DNA from: Toensbergia leucococca
Lineage: Eukaryota
Reading direction: 5' to 3'
Length of the DNA: 64,000 bases
Assembly (NCBI GenBank): GCA_022813965.1
Contig: JALDZS010000026.1
Coordinates: forward strand, 1 to 64,000
In this document: positions 1-12,303 of the stretch, in pieces
How the letters are laid out: each line of letters begins with the position of its first letter
Position numbering within the stretch: position 1 is the first letter of the stretch
Notes under the pieces: model-generated
The model's input: only the letters and a program-made list of their open reading frames with translations
Databases searched by the model: none
What the model was told of the DNA's origin: nothing
Translations under genes and position numbers: made by a program

Positions 1-893
1 ACAGACCTAATGGTGTGGCCCAAGGGCAACGGCGGGGGCAGCATTCGCAAGTAAAGGGAACGTCGGCAAGGAGAGAGAGCGGGAGATTTTGATTGAAAAA
101 TGTACAGCATCTAGCAGCAGCATCAATTTCAAATAGATGCGTTCCAAGTCCATGAAAGCTGACAGTTGCTATGGAACATCATCCCTTTCATGGCGTTCAA
201 TTTCAATATTTCACTTTGCGTCTTTTGAGGCGTTGGTTGCAGTTCTCATTTTTCATCTCAAAAGAATCTCACGTTTGTTGTTTTCTCTCTCTAGTAAGGT
301 TTTTCCCCAAAGGAACACACGTGGCCATGAAGCATTTTCTAAAAGTCTTTCAGGATTCTAGAACACCAGATGCTCGAAGAGAGATTTACACAGCCTCATC
401 GCTCGCACATGAAGCTGAATGGCAAAACTCTCACATTGACTTTTCCCTGAAAGTTTCCAAATTAATCTCCTATAACGAGCAATACCAGTGCTTGTGATTC
501 GACCGACCACGTCTCTTTTGCCAGTCTCCTCGTGAAATGAAGTATGCCCCTGAACTCTAATCAATGTAATAGCAAACTCTCTCTGAAAAGTCTGAACAGC
601 CAGATTACAGGGACACAATGCCAAGTAAGAAAAACTTTCATACTATCACATTCTCTTACACTTTACCTTTCGACATGAAGCGAGTCTGACAAGGTTCAAC
701 GGTGCAGGCCTCCTGGGTATATAGAATGCCTCCCTCTCTCCTCTCGTTCTTCTTTTTTCTTTTCTCCTTAGGGGATGATGGACCCCCAGGGAACCCCGAC
801 TGCCTTCGAAAAGCAGGGTTTTATCTGAACACACAGCATACCAATCCATCTTCTGCTCGCCAGCAGGCATACCAACTTTTTCGCTTTACAGCC

Positions 894-1985
894 ATGAAGC
901 GCACGCTTCGAGATCAGACTCTGTCTGCCTCGATCTCCCAATCCACCACCACCGCCACAGCTCCCCACAGGAAGCAATTCCTTCCTCGTTTGGCCGACAT
1001 CCCCAGGCGCATCAGAGGTGACCCACCGAAGAAATCCCCTCGCAACACCACTACCACGACGACGACGACCACCACCACCACCACTTTCACTACTACCGCT
1101 GTTTCCGCTGCCGTGGCTGCAACCAAGACCACGGTAACCACCACTCCTCCCGCGCCATTGCTCTCCCAACAATGCAAAGCATCACCGACCCCCTCCCGCC
1201 ACCACTCCTCCTCCGCCGTAGCCGCAGCAGTCGCAGCGTGCAAGGCGCGCAGCACCGATCACTCTTGTACCGTCCAGGCAGATGACATCCTCCCCAAGCA
1301 TCCAAGCCCATGGACCACCAATCCGCTCCCGGCCCCGCTCCCCTCCGACCAGCATAACAACAAAAGCAACAACGCCACAGCGAGCTTCGAGTACCAAAGC
1401 CCACCGCCCCCCACTACCGCTTCCACTTCCGTCGCCGTTGCCACCACCCCAACCGCCCCCGAGCCAAGTCCTTTCCAGAAGTTCCTGTCTCGCCATCCCA
1501 AGTCTCTTCTGCGCAAGTGCAAAGCACCCCTCGCTGCACCCCGCCGTCCCTCTTCCACACCCACAGTCGCCGCATTTTCCGAGCACGGCCCTCATCTCTC
1601 TCCTGCTGACCTTGTCCCCGAGGCATGTGACCTTCCTCCCCGGCACCCAAGCCCCTGGACTTCGCTCCCGCTCCCCTCTTACCTAGCCTCCGATGCCACC
1701 ACCACCACTACCACCACCTTCGCCACCACCGCCACCATCCCCGATACCAACACCACCCCCAGCTTCTTCACCGACCTCCTCTACATCCTCTCCAAAATCC
1801 TCGCCATGCCCCTCCACATCCACGATACCTTCTCCCCCAACTTGGCGGCCATGAAAGCTTTGGGAAAGGGTGGTGTCGGGGACTGGGGATGGGCGCTGTG
1901 GGAGTGCGTCGTTGCTGCTTTGGAGCTTGGATTTTTGCTTCTGTTGCTGAGGTTTGTGTGGGCTGTTTTGCGCTTGTTTTGGTGA
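894..1985 (+). CDS. Hypothetical low-complexity Thr/Pro/Ser-rich protein with C-terminal hydrophobic helix (possible tail anchor)
   Basis: Open frame from ATG 894 (gccATG context) to TGA 1983-1985. Poly-Thr tracts, two HPSPWT repeats, hydrophobic end (VVAALELGFLLLLLRFVWAVLRLFW). No family recognised. Confidence 0.5.
   Translation: MKRTLRDQTLSASISQSTTTATAPHRKQFLPRLADIPRRIRGDPPKKSPRNTTTTTTTTTTTTTFTTTAVSAAVAATKTTVTTTPPAPLLSQQCKASPTPSRHHSSSAVAAAVAACKARSTDHSCTVQADDILPKHPSPWTTNPLPAPLPSDQHNNKSNNATASFEYQSPPPPTTASTSVAVATTPTAPEPSPFQKFLSRHPKSLLRKCKAPLAAPRRPSSTPTVAAFSEHGPHLSPADLVPEACDLPPRHPSPWTSLPLPSYLASDATTTTTTTFATTATIPDTNTTPSFFTDLLYILSKILAMPLHIHDTFSPNLAAMKALGKGGVGDWGWALWECVVAALELGFLLLLLRFVWAVLRLFW
1046..1100 (+). 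repeat. ACC/ACG/ACT trinucleotide run encoding poly-Thr
   Basis: accactaccacgacgacgacgaccaccaccaccaccactttcactactacc; a similar ACC run lies at about 1697-1737. Confidence 0.85.
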
Positions 1986-3242
1986 GATTGCGGCGTCTTT
2001 TTTTTTTTTTGAGTATTGGGAATTGCGGGTCTTGGTTTGGGGATTGGGGATTGGGGGCTTTTTTTTTGTTCTTTTTGCGGTTTCTATGGTTTGGGTTTGG
2101 GAATGGTATCTGGCTACATCGCTTTGGGGATTTTTTCGGCATTGGGTTTGGAGTCTTTTTTTCTTTTTAATCTTCTGAGATACCAATACAGATAGCGAGT
2201 CTTGTTTTTCTGGCATCGTCAGACAAGCTTCATAACTTTTACATCATTCATCAGAATGAGTTTTCGAGTCTACGTTAGCATCAACCCATCCCCCCCTAAC
2301 TAATCTCCTCAAGCATGTGCTACCCAAAAGAATCGACTTAATTTCCTCACAACGCATATCCTCGTAGCTTCTCTGCAGGGACATGAGAACCCCCGTTCAA
2401 AAAAATCGTCATTTGCTACAGGTATCATTCTCGACCGCAGCTGACTTCCAGAAACTCTCTGTCAAGGTCAAATGCATTACCACCATTCGAGAGGGCCACG
2501 GACATAGATGCGGCACCACCATCGCTCGCCGGCTCGATTTTGAAACGCGTCTCACAAAGCTATTTTTCGCTGATCCCCAAAAACTCAAAAGGAACTTCGA
2601 AGAAAAGTCAAATGTCGCACGACCGTACGAGGTCCAGCTCTGCTAATATATCATCTCCCATCAGCCCAAGCCGTTGTTTTGCCTCTTTCACTTCACATGC
2701 CCTGCTGTGATTTGAATTGTGAGTTTTTGACTACTTTAATGGAAATACTTGGTTCTGAGGCAAAGAACTGGTCATGGGGTATGCCTGAGCTTATTGGGGA
2801 GACGAAAGAAGGGGTAATCTAGTCCGAAGATGGGGATTGTAGCTGTGCGGTAGGATGATGACTTTGCGCTGGGTGCTAGTAGGGGTATCTTGGGACCAGA
2901 AATTAGGAGAGAAATGCCATTGAAACCTGAGTTCCAGAATATGAGAGTAGCAGACTATGTAAGAGAGTCTTTTGGAGTTGGCCTTCTTTGCTGTCATGCA
3001 TAGAACGTGTATTTGCGCGAACTAAATGGGGTATCTCAAATGCCTGGGCTCAAGAAAAGAAAGCCTGCCCTCGTTGGATGCCACAAAAGAAAGAAGAAAT
3101 GCTAATACACACTTGCCAAAGACCTGACCGCCTGAACCTAAAAACGTCTGTCGACATTCATCGATATCATGTCTGATGCCTCAAAGAATTCGACTCAAGA
3201 ACAAATCTCCGCCCCCATGGTGGCAGCCGGCACATGTTAAGA

Positions 3243-4776
3243 TCAGGTTGCCCCAAGCTCGGCAAACTCAATGAATGACCCGGTCATGTCCTTCTTCCAT
3301 ACACGTAAGATGCCATCGTCGCCTGTAGAAGCAAATGCGCTACCTGGCAGACAAGTTAGAAGCATTGGCATCAATTGTTTTGTTTCCGGGAGAGAGCCGA
3401 CTTACCATCTTTAAACCATGCGACCTTCCAGACCCCACTATGAGGAAGACTAGCTGCTACATTCCATTCGTGCTTAATTCGTACGTTTCCGACAGTGATA
3501 CGTCCTGCTGCAGTAGCGCGGGAGGCGCCGGCTAGCCCGGCCCCGATTCCAGAAGGGACATTACGAGAAGCTAAGGAATGTGCCCTGGTCATGGCAGCAG
3601 TTGGTGGGATATTGGCGCTGTTGGACGGCGACGAGATATTGGCACTATTTGGCGTCGTGACTTCAAACACACGTACATGATCATCATCGCATGCCGCCGC
3701 TATCAAGTCGCTAGGCTGAACGCTGACTGGTGCCCAATCTATGTCGCGAATACGTCCCTGATCAACAGCGATTTCGGCCACTTCGTGCAGTTCGTACGTG
3801 CCGTCATCTGGTTTGGTGGCTCGGAATATTTTGATAATATTGGAAAAGGAGAAGGCGAGAGAGACGGCCTTCTTGTCTAAACCTGCAATCACGGCCTTAT
3901 AGCACGGACGGTCCGAATGGTGGAAGCAGACATTGAAGTTGGGCTCTTGCCCTCGTGGGTGCTGCCCGCCAGGATATAGCGAATCAATCTCTTTCCAGGA
4001 TCCCAAAGAGCAGGGTTCTGTGGGTTCTAAGAGGCTGAGACGGCCGTCTTTCGCGGCAAGTGCTAGCCATACTTCGTGTTTGATAGTGATGAAGTCGAGG
4101 GAGACGTAGAGCGAGTTGTTATGAGAAGCTTGCTGAAATATACAGCGGAAACGACGGCCACTCATATGCGCCTGTGATGTCTGCTCTTCCCAGACATTGA
4201 AGAGGTTATCCCCTCCAATTGTTCCAAAAGCCTGCCCTAGAGAAGGTCCGATCCATTGGACCTGTGTATAATTAACTCAGATGCTTGAAACAAGATCGGA
4301 AGCTGGTGACCCACTCCCAGCACCTCTGCGTTATGTCCACGCCATGCCTCTATCAACTTCCACGACCCATCCTCTACCAAATCGAAGACTCTGATCTTGT
4401 GATCTGAAGATACCGTGGCCAAGCGGCTGCCGTTGAAGTTGTACTTGGCTGCTAACACGAGATCGCGAGATCCATGGACTAGGTTTGTAAAGCCAGTAGT
4501 AGAGGTCTGATCCATTGCAGGGAAACTTGAGCTGGTAGATGAACGAATTAATGTCTCACGGTCAACAAAAGCTGCGAGGCCCTCGGCTCTTCGCACACTC
4601 TGTGTGATAGTGCCGTCGATATCTATCGGGAAAAGCAAGCTTTCAGAGGGATCCGAGGAGACATGAGAAGAAGCTCTACTCGACAAAGAAGAACAATTGG
4701 AATGGGTTTCCTCATCCTCGTCACTTGTGTTTCGTGTGAGCCAGGAGGGAAATTTGTTTGAGATTGGGATGTTCAT
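3243..4776 (-). CDS. SEH1: WD40 nucleoporin / SEA-GATOR2 subunit Seh1 (3 exons; start at 4776 or 4515)
   Basis: HGSRDLVLAAKYNFNGSRLATVSSDHKIRVFD, IRDIDWAP...DLIAAACDD, VWKVAW..DGSAFASTGDDGILRVWKK. GT-AG introns 4262-4314 and about 3344-3405; TGA at 3243-3245. Confidence 0.85.
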
Positions 4777-4983
4777 ATTGGATGATCGGAGGCTCGGTCC
4801 GACAATGATGCGGCGTTAACGCAAAGTGGTAAGGTGATTATCGGTGGTCGGTGGTTGAACCTCCGAGATGTGTGTACCTGAAGACATGCGAAAACCTTAA
4901 TTCAATTTGATCTACATACGCCTATTCTAGGACGAGCGAGTTCACCAGGTGTCCACTATGATTTACTTTCGAGACTGATTGAT

Positions 4984-6488
4984 ATGTCCACAACCCTCAG
5001 TCTCACAGAGACATTTTTTCTCTCGGCTCTTTCTTTACCCTGTATCTGGGCCATCGCGACCTTCCATGGTGATGGCGAGCCTCTCATCGCTTCGCTGGCA
5101 TTCAGCGGTATTGCATTTGCATTTACATACTGTTTGATTCGATGGCTAGGGGACGTATTCATTAGAGCTGGCCTCAAGGGTAAAGACATGTCCAAAGTTC
5201 GAAAGGTCGAAATGTATGTCCTTTGCTTAATGCCTACCTTAGCCATTCAGCTAAACCCAAGGCTACAGTCCCGAGACTATGGGTGCTCTTTGTGCAGTTG
5301 TCTACATTCTTACGATCATTGTTTTCATCCCTTTTCCGTTCTACAAGGACATTGTCGCAGCTACTTCTGGCGGAGGCAACAGAGACGTCGTGGTGGAGCA
5401 TAGTCTGGTTGAAACAGGGCGATTTCTCCACAAGTTCCCACATAGCAAGGTATGGTTGCTGGCAGTAGTATCGTTTGTACAGTACTAAACACACTGCATA
5501 TTTGTAGTTGGCATCCTATCTTTCTGCAATACTATCCCTACAATCCGTTGTTCTCCTGGGCATTGGTGATGACCTTTTCGACATTCGATGGCGGCATAAA
5601 TTCTTCATCCCGGCCTTTGCGTCTATACCTGTACTTGTGGTATACTTTGTTGATTTCGGGGTCACCAAGGTTGTTGTGCCTGTACCGCTTCAGCATTACT
5701 TCGGAGAATTATTTGACGTCGGATGGCTTTACTATGCATACATGGCTGCCATAGCCATTTTCTGTCCCAATAGCATTAACATCCTAGCCGGCATCAACGG
5801 CATCGAGGTTTCACAATCGATTGTCATTGCCGTCCTTCTTCTCTTAAATGATGCTTTATATTTGGCACCTTTCACTCATTATCCTCACCCAGCCACCGAT
5901 TCACATCTCTTCTCCATATACCTGTTACTACCCTTTGTTGGGGTTTCGCTGGCCCTTTGGTGGCATAACTGGTATCCAGCAAAGGTATTCGTCGGTGATA
6001 CATACTGCTATTTTGCGGGGATGGTCTTTGCCGTTGTTGGAATTCTCGGACATTTCAGCAAGACATTACTTCTATTATTTATTCCGCAAATCTTCAACTT
6101 CCTCTACTCTGCCCCTCAACTTTTTCGAGTCATTCCATGTCCCAGACATCGCCTTCCTCGTTTTAACGCTCGGACTGGTCTTTTAGAACCATCGGTAACT
6201 CAGTGGGAACATCCGCCATCTAGGATTGTCAGAGAAGCGCTCGAATTTCTCAACAAAGTACACTTGGTAAGAGTCGAAAGGAACAGTAAGGGAGATATTT
6301 TGGAATCCACAAACTTTACAATCCTCAACCTGTGGTTAGTATGGTTCGGTCCGATGAGGGAGGATCGCCTTGCTATTGCCATACTAGTCATGCAATCGTC
6401 TTGCGGGCTTCTGGGACTCCTCGTACGGCATAGATTAGCGTTGTGGGTTTTCAAGCAAGATAACAGAGACTTTGGCTTGCTTCCATAG
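4984..6488 (+). CDS. ALG7: UDP-GlcNAc:dolichyl-phosphate GlcNAc-1-phosphate transferase (3 exons)
   Basis: EIPETMGA, LLGIGDDLFDIRWRHK, FCPNSINILAGINGIE, YPAKVFVGDTYCY, CPRHRLP motifs. Introns 5214-5268 and 5450-5507. Confidence 0.95.
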
Positions 6489-6781
6489 TATGGAATAAAG
6501 TCCATCGTTCGTCTAGAGACCAAAATGCTTAGGTCGATGGTTTTACTGTTTCCTACCTGATTGCGGAACTCAACCATGGTGATGTAAACTGGTTGCGTGA
6601 CAGTAATCAGGCACCGAAGTAGCCTTATCTTTGCGAATCCTGTAAGTACGCCAGATCCTGCTGAAATTCCTCCAGATCGTCACCATCGTTAAAATTTTTT
6701 TTCCACTGCGGAGTACCATTTGACTGATACCAACCACGGAAAAAAGAACCAAGTTGACCCCGACCCCTCGCTTTCCCATCT

Positions 6782-6791
6782 CCGATATCGG
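6782..6791. promoter_or_regulatory. Candidate Leu3/LeuB binding site (CCG-N4-CGG)
   Basis: Perfect palindrome CCGATATCGG about 120 bp upstream of the LEU1 ATG; matches the established Leu3p/LeuB consensus CCGN4CGG. Confidence 0.7.
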
Positions 6792-6912
6792 CATTCCCCC
6801 AGTCTGATCACAATATATTGTTTGGTAAAGTCCTGATATCCCAAAAACCATTAATTTTTCAAATCCCGAAAAAAATTCATTACAGTTCACTCAGTACACG
6901 GCAACTGGAAAT

Positions 6913-9387
6913 ATGCCTTCTGCTACTAAAAAGCCCCAGACCTTATATGACAAGGTGTTCGAAGACCACATTGTCAATGAGCGCGGAGATGGAACTATCC
7001 TTCTCTATATTGGTAAGTGGCATGATTAGAAGAAAACTTCAAGTCTATGGCCTAAGTCTAGGGGTAGATAGACACCTTATACACGAAGTTACCACACCAG
7101 TAAGTTACCAAAACCATCATCAGACCTGCCCTGGCTAATTTAGTCACCAGCAAGCATTTGAGGGTCTTCGAAATGCAGGTCGAAAGGTTCGTCGACCAGA
7201 CTGTACCCTCGCGACTACAGACCACGTATGTTTCCCCAAAACCATGGTTCCGATGAATGATCTAATGATCTCTAGAACGTGCCTACCACACCACGGAAAA
7301 ACTTCAAGAACGTAGGACAATTTGTTGAGGAAGCAGATTCACGTTTGCAATGCCTGACGCTTGAAGAAAACGTCAAAGAATATGGTCTTACATATTTTGG
7401 GCTGGGCGATAAGCGCCAGGGTATTGTACACATCATTGGACCTGAGCAGGGTTTCACGCTTCCAGGTACGACTGTGGTATGTGGAGACAGTCATACCTCA
7501 ACCCATGGGGCATTTGGAGCTTTGGCATTCGGCATTGGGACTAGCGAGGTCGAACATGTCCTTGCAACACAAACACTGATCACTCGACGAAGCAAGAACA
7601 TGAGGATACAGGTTGACGGTGTTCTTTCGCCGGGAGTCAGCAGCAAAGACATTATTCTACACACGATAGGAGTAATCGGAACAGCAGGTGGCACAGCGTC
7701 GGTAATTGAGTATTGTGGCTCTGCTATTAGAGGATTGAGTATGGAAGCGAGAATGTCTATCTGTAACATGTCTATCGAGGCAGGAGCGAGGGCAGGAATG
7801 GTCGCTCCAGATGAGATAACTTTTGAATACTTAAAGGGCAGACCGTTGGCACCGAAATTTGACACGCCCGAATGGAAGAAAGCTGTGAAGTATTGGTCGA
7901 GCCTTCAATCCGATGATGGTGCAAACTACGACAAGGAGGTATTCATCAACGCCAAAGATATCATCCCTACAGTCTCGTGGGGAACCTCGCCACAGGATGT
8001 CGTGCCCATCACTGGCGCAGTTCCAAATCCAGAAGACTTCCCTACAGAGGAAAAGAAAGAGAGCGCAAGACGAGCGCTCGAATACATGGGCTTGACTCCG
8101 GGCACACGAATGGAGGACATAGAGCTTGACAAGATTTTCATTGGTTCTTGCACCAATGCCAGAATAGAAGACCTGAGGGCAGCGTCGCGCATTGTTGATG
8201 GACACAAGATTGCAGCAAACGTCAAGAGAGCAATGGTTGTACCAGGCTCGGGTCTTGTGAAAGAGCAAGCGGAGTCCGAAGGGCTTGATAAAATATTTAT
8301 CGATGCCGGCTTTGAATGGAGGGAGGCAGGTTGCTCCATGTGCTTAGGGATGAATCCCGATATTCTAGCCCCCATGGAAAGATGCGCTAGTACCTCGAAT
8401 CGAAATTTCGAAGGGAGGCAGGGTGCAGGAGGCAGGACGCATCTAATGTCGCCTGTCATGGCGGCTGCTGCAGCAATTGTCGGCAAATTAGCAGACGTGC
8501 GAAAACTAGCAGACCCAATTTCAAGACCAACAAAAGCCTCATCAAAGCTGAATGTCGCACCAGAAGTTCCAGATGTTGACACTGACGATGATCTTGAAAA
8601 GCTTCTGGATCAGCCACAGGACGACCAGCCAAACGTCAGTGGTGACGCACCAAGGTCGTCTGCAGGGCTCCCTAAATTTACCGTCCTAAAGGGGATTGCG
8701 GCCCCTATGGATCGCTCGAATGTTGACACAGACGCAATCATCCCTAAGCAATTTCTGAAAACCATCAAACGTACTGGCCTGGGATCCGCCCTCTTTTATC
8801 CTCTACGGTATAATACTGACGGGTCGGAGAAGCCAGATTTCATCTTAAACAAGGAGCCATATCGGCAGTCAAAAATGTTGGTGGTCACAGGTCCCAACTT
8901 TGGTTGCGGCAGCTCACGCGAACACGCACCGTGGGCTCTTCTGGATTTTGGCATCACCTGTATTATTGCTCCCTCGTACGCTGACATTTTCTTCAACAAC
9001 ACGTTCAAAAATGGAATGCTCCCTCTCGCCATAGCTGACCAGCCAACTCTTCTCAAGATTGCCGAAGAAGCCAAGGCAGGTCGCGAGATTGAGGTCGACC
9101 TCCCCAAGCAGCGCATCAATGACGCGTCGGGCAATAAGATTGCCGAGTTTGACGTTGAAGAGTTCAGGAAACACTGCTTGGTCAATGGTCTAGATGATAT
9201 CGGACTAACAATGCAGATGGAAGACAAGATCCAGAAGTTTGAGAAAAGACGGACCATGGACACACCCTGGCTGGACGGAAGTGGCTATTTAAAAAGAGGG
9301 GAAAGGAATGGGCCTGTAAAGGTTGAAGCTGCTCCGGTACCGAAGACGAATCGTGGGGAGCAAGTCGATGAGCCGTTGGAATGGTGA
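6913..9387 (+). CDS. LEU1: 3-isopropylmalate dehydratase (fused large+small subunit; 4 exons)
   Basis: [87 protein letters not shown]. Introns 7013-7067, 7100-7150, 7226-7275. Confidence 0.97.
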
Positions 9388-10548
9388 GTGGGACAGATTC
9401 GAGAAAAGTCGGTGTCAATGAGAAATGAGCTGGAGCTCTCATCTATAGAGGATCCGTGTCCGGAACCAAGTAGGGCATTTCAGTATAGGTAGCTCAAGCA
9501 AGAATGACTATTCAGCCCTACAATTGTGTAGCCAAAGAGAATGGTTCAATGCCTTGATCAGCACTTGGCTCTTCTTCCACTCCATCTAGCCATCATGTTA
9601 CCGTGAAGTCCATTTCATACGTCATGACTGTCTCTCGCTGATGCTCTGTTTCCGCCTTTCAAAGCACTTTCTCGTACTATGGTGAGAAAGCTCCTTCATC
9701 GGGCCATGGGGATGCCTTCGATTCTCTTCCGTAGGCGCTCTGAGGCCCAACTTTCCATCTGCCGTGTCTCACACCATCTCGTTTCTTTCGCTAGCAGCTA
9801 GATGGTCCCGTTAACATGGTATCTTAAAAGCAGTATCAAAAGACGAGTATGCATGAGCTCGGAAGAACAACGGCACTGCCACGGACCATTCGAGATTTTT
9901 ACAGGGAGTGTGGGGAAACGGATATCTAGGTCGGGTCAATAGGACGTCAGTGCTGCTGGCCGATGGGAGAAAGCATATCGCATTCTGCATTCAGGGTGCA
10001 GTTCGCGAATGCTTGAATGGCTCAGAATGGACAGGCTGATACGGGCAGGGATCCCACTCGGCCTCCTAAGGCTTAGCTCCAACGTTTCTTCGCCACCATG
10101 GTTTCACTCTCTTCCAGAAATCTTACACACCAAATGAACCGACTATGTCAGCTTTGACCTAGATCATGCGACATGGCATTCGCGTGCGAGAAAGCGTTTC
10201 ACCATCGACATCCCGAGTTATGTATGGCATAACATCACTACTTTTCCGACTGGCGTACTGACGAAGCTTCTGCTTCCTCCTTCGGCGCATGTCGATTGTG
10301 CACCAGGCTAAATGGCTTTCTCGAGCACGAACCATTTTCCTGCGTACCATTTGCATTGCCGAAATGGGTAAATGCGCAATCAATCAAGGGCGCTTGGTGA
10401 AACATTACTTGCGATGTTGACAACGGCAACAAGCACTTTGAGAGAGTCGAAAAGACTGACCTGGCTGTTGGGAGACTCGACATTGAGAGCATCAAACTCA
10501 CCATGGGCAGGCTAGGCGGCCACTTTGTTCAACGAAGACGCACTACAA

Positions 10549-10888
10549 CCCCGCAAAAATCGTTGCTAGTGGAGAATCTGGGGTTTAGTGGCTGATCGTC
10601 AAAGGTCCCTCCACCCGGCCAGCGAATAACGGAGGCACAATTTCTCAAATAAGCTCCACTACTAAACTAGATTCCACCAACCCCACCGACAAGGGCGGAT
10701 ACTACTCCCTCCGCAAGCAATAGACGCATCCACCATATCCCAGATTAAGCTATGACCTTTTACTGAGGGGCTCATTCCGAGCTGACGCGTGAGCGGATGT
10801 AGATGGTTTAGCCTTTTTGTCTGGAGCTGGGCCATGTTCCCATCTCCAATCGGCAAGTACTCGGTCCATCTATCAAGAACCATATAAA
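10549..10888. promoter_or_regulatory. Cluster of CreA/Mig1-type SYGGRG sites plus TATA box upstream of the acetate transporter
   Basis: SYGGRG on either strand at 10549, 10569, 10578, 10654, 10681, 10709, 10821; TATAAA at 10883-10888. Confidence 0.5.
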
Positions 10889-11050
10889 CATCTGCTCCAT
10901 GCTACCAAATCTTCTTTTTTTCCTTCACCCATTACCATTCAGATCTCTACCTGACAACGAACATATATACATATATACTCTTCCCTACATTTAAGATTAA
11001 TTACTTCAATCTCTACTACCTTTCCTCACTTCACCTACTTCAATCAGACA

Positions 11051-12303
11051 ATGGCAGACCGTGAAAAGGACTTTTCTTCTGCTCACAATGGCACATTCAA
11101 TCCCAATTACCCTACGCGACTGAATGGATCCAACGAGTCTCATAATACTAGCACTCTGGATCCAAAATACTCCCACGAATCTCCCTACGACATGCCCGAC
11201 AATATCAACAGCGATCAGGCACTTCGGAGGATACGTACTGCCGGTTCCATCTCCATCAGTCCAGGTTAGATGCTCCATAATTATGCCTTCACCGCTTGTG
11301 TCTAATCATCTTCAGAACTGTTTGAGAAAATCTACCTTAGTCCACAGAATTCTGTCAAAGGAGACCTCAGAAAGACCTTTGGCAATCCCACTCCCTTGGC
11401 TCTCCTTGGTTTCCTTCTGAGTCTTAGTCCTCTGGCATGTGATCTTATGGGATGGCGAGGAGCTGGTGGTGACGGTGCCGCTGGGACAGGAACTTACGTG
11501 TACATAGTACGCAGTCACTCGTCCATCACTCCCACACATTCACACCTCCACCAGGCAAAGCTAACATGTTGATCAAAGGGTGGTCTTCTAATGTTTACTG
11601 GCGGTCTTTTGGAATTCTTTCTTGGCAACACCTTTCCCTTTGTAGTATTCTGCTCCTTCGGTAAGTGATCCAGCTCATATATATGCACATGCTCCGGGAC
11701 TGACTATCGCAGGCGGCTTCTGGTTTTCTTTTGCAGCTACCCTTACTCCATGGTACAACGCCTATGGTGCCTATTCCCCAGACCCAAACAACCCATCACT
11801 AGGGATTACCAATCCCTCGTTCCAAGCTAGTTTCGGTGCGTTCGGTCTGTGTGCTATCTTGATCCCAAGCTAACAATTCTCAGGCTTTTTCTGCCTCTTC
11901 ATGGGCATGCTATGTCTAGTCTACTTCATCTGCGCCCTACGAACCAATATTGTCTTCCTCGTCATCTTCGCCTGCCTGTTTTTCGTTTTCTGTCTCCTAG
12001 CCGGCGTCTACTGGACACTGGCCCTTGGCAAGGACTGGGACGCGACAGCAGGAAGATTACAAGTAGTGAGTTCTCTCTTCCACAACAGACATGGTTATTC
12101 TTGTCATCATGATTCATTACTAATTTCTCCAAAAGGCTGCCGGTGCTTTTTCTTTCATATGCGTCATGGCCGGCTGGTGGATCTTCCTCGCCCAAATGCT
12201 TGCCTGCGTCGACTTCCCCATCCAGCTCCCGGTCGGTGACATCAGTCACCTCATCAAAGGAGCCAGTGTACGCATGGCCGAGAAGGAGCAATACTCTGTC
12301 TGA
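11051..12303 (+). CDS. GPR1/FUN34/YaaH (Ady2/AcpA-like) acetate transporter family protein, 6 exons
   Basis: RIRTAGSISISPELFEKIYLSPQ, FGNPTPLALLGF, LEFFLGNTFPFVVFCSFGGFW, CALRTNIVF, LPVGDISH; five GT-AG introns; TGA at 12301-12303. Confidence 0.9.

Noticed and set aside
1..54. Frame TDLMVWPKGNGGGSIRK* at the window edge, possibly the end of an upstream gene
   Set aside because: Too short to identify or support.
10238..10504. Minus-strand ORF starting ATG-GTGAGT (looks like ATG plus a splice donor)
   Set aside because: Could not assemble a credible spliced product; lies in the transporter promoter.
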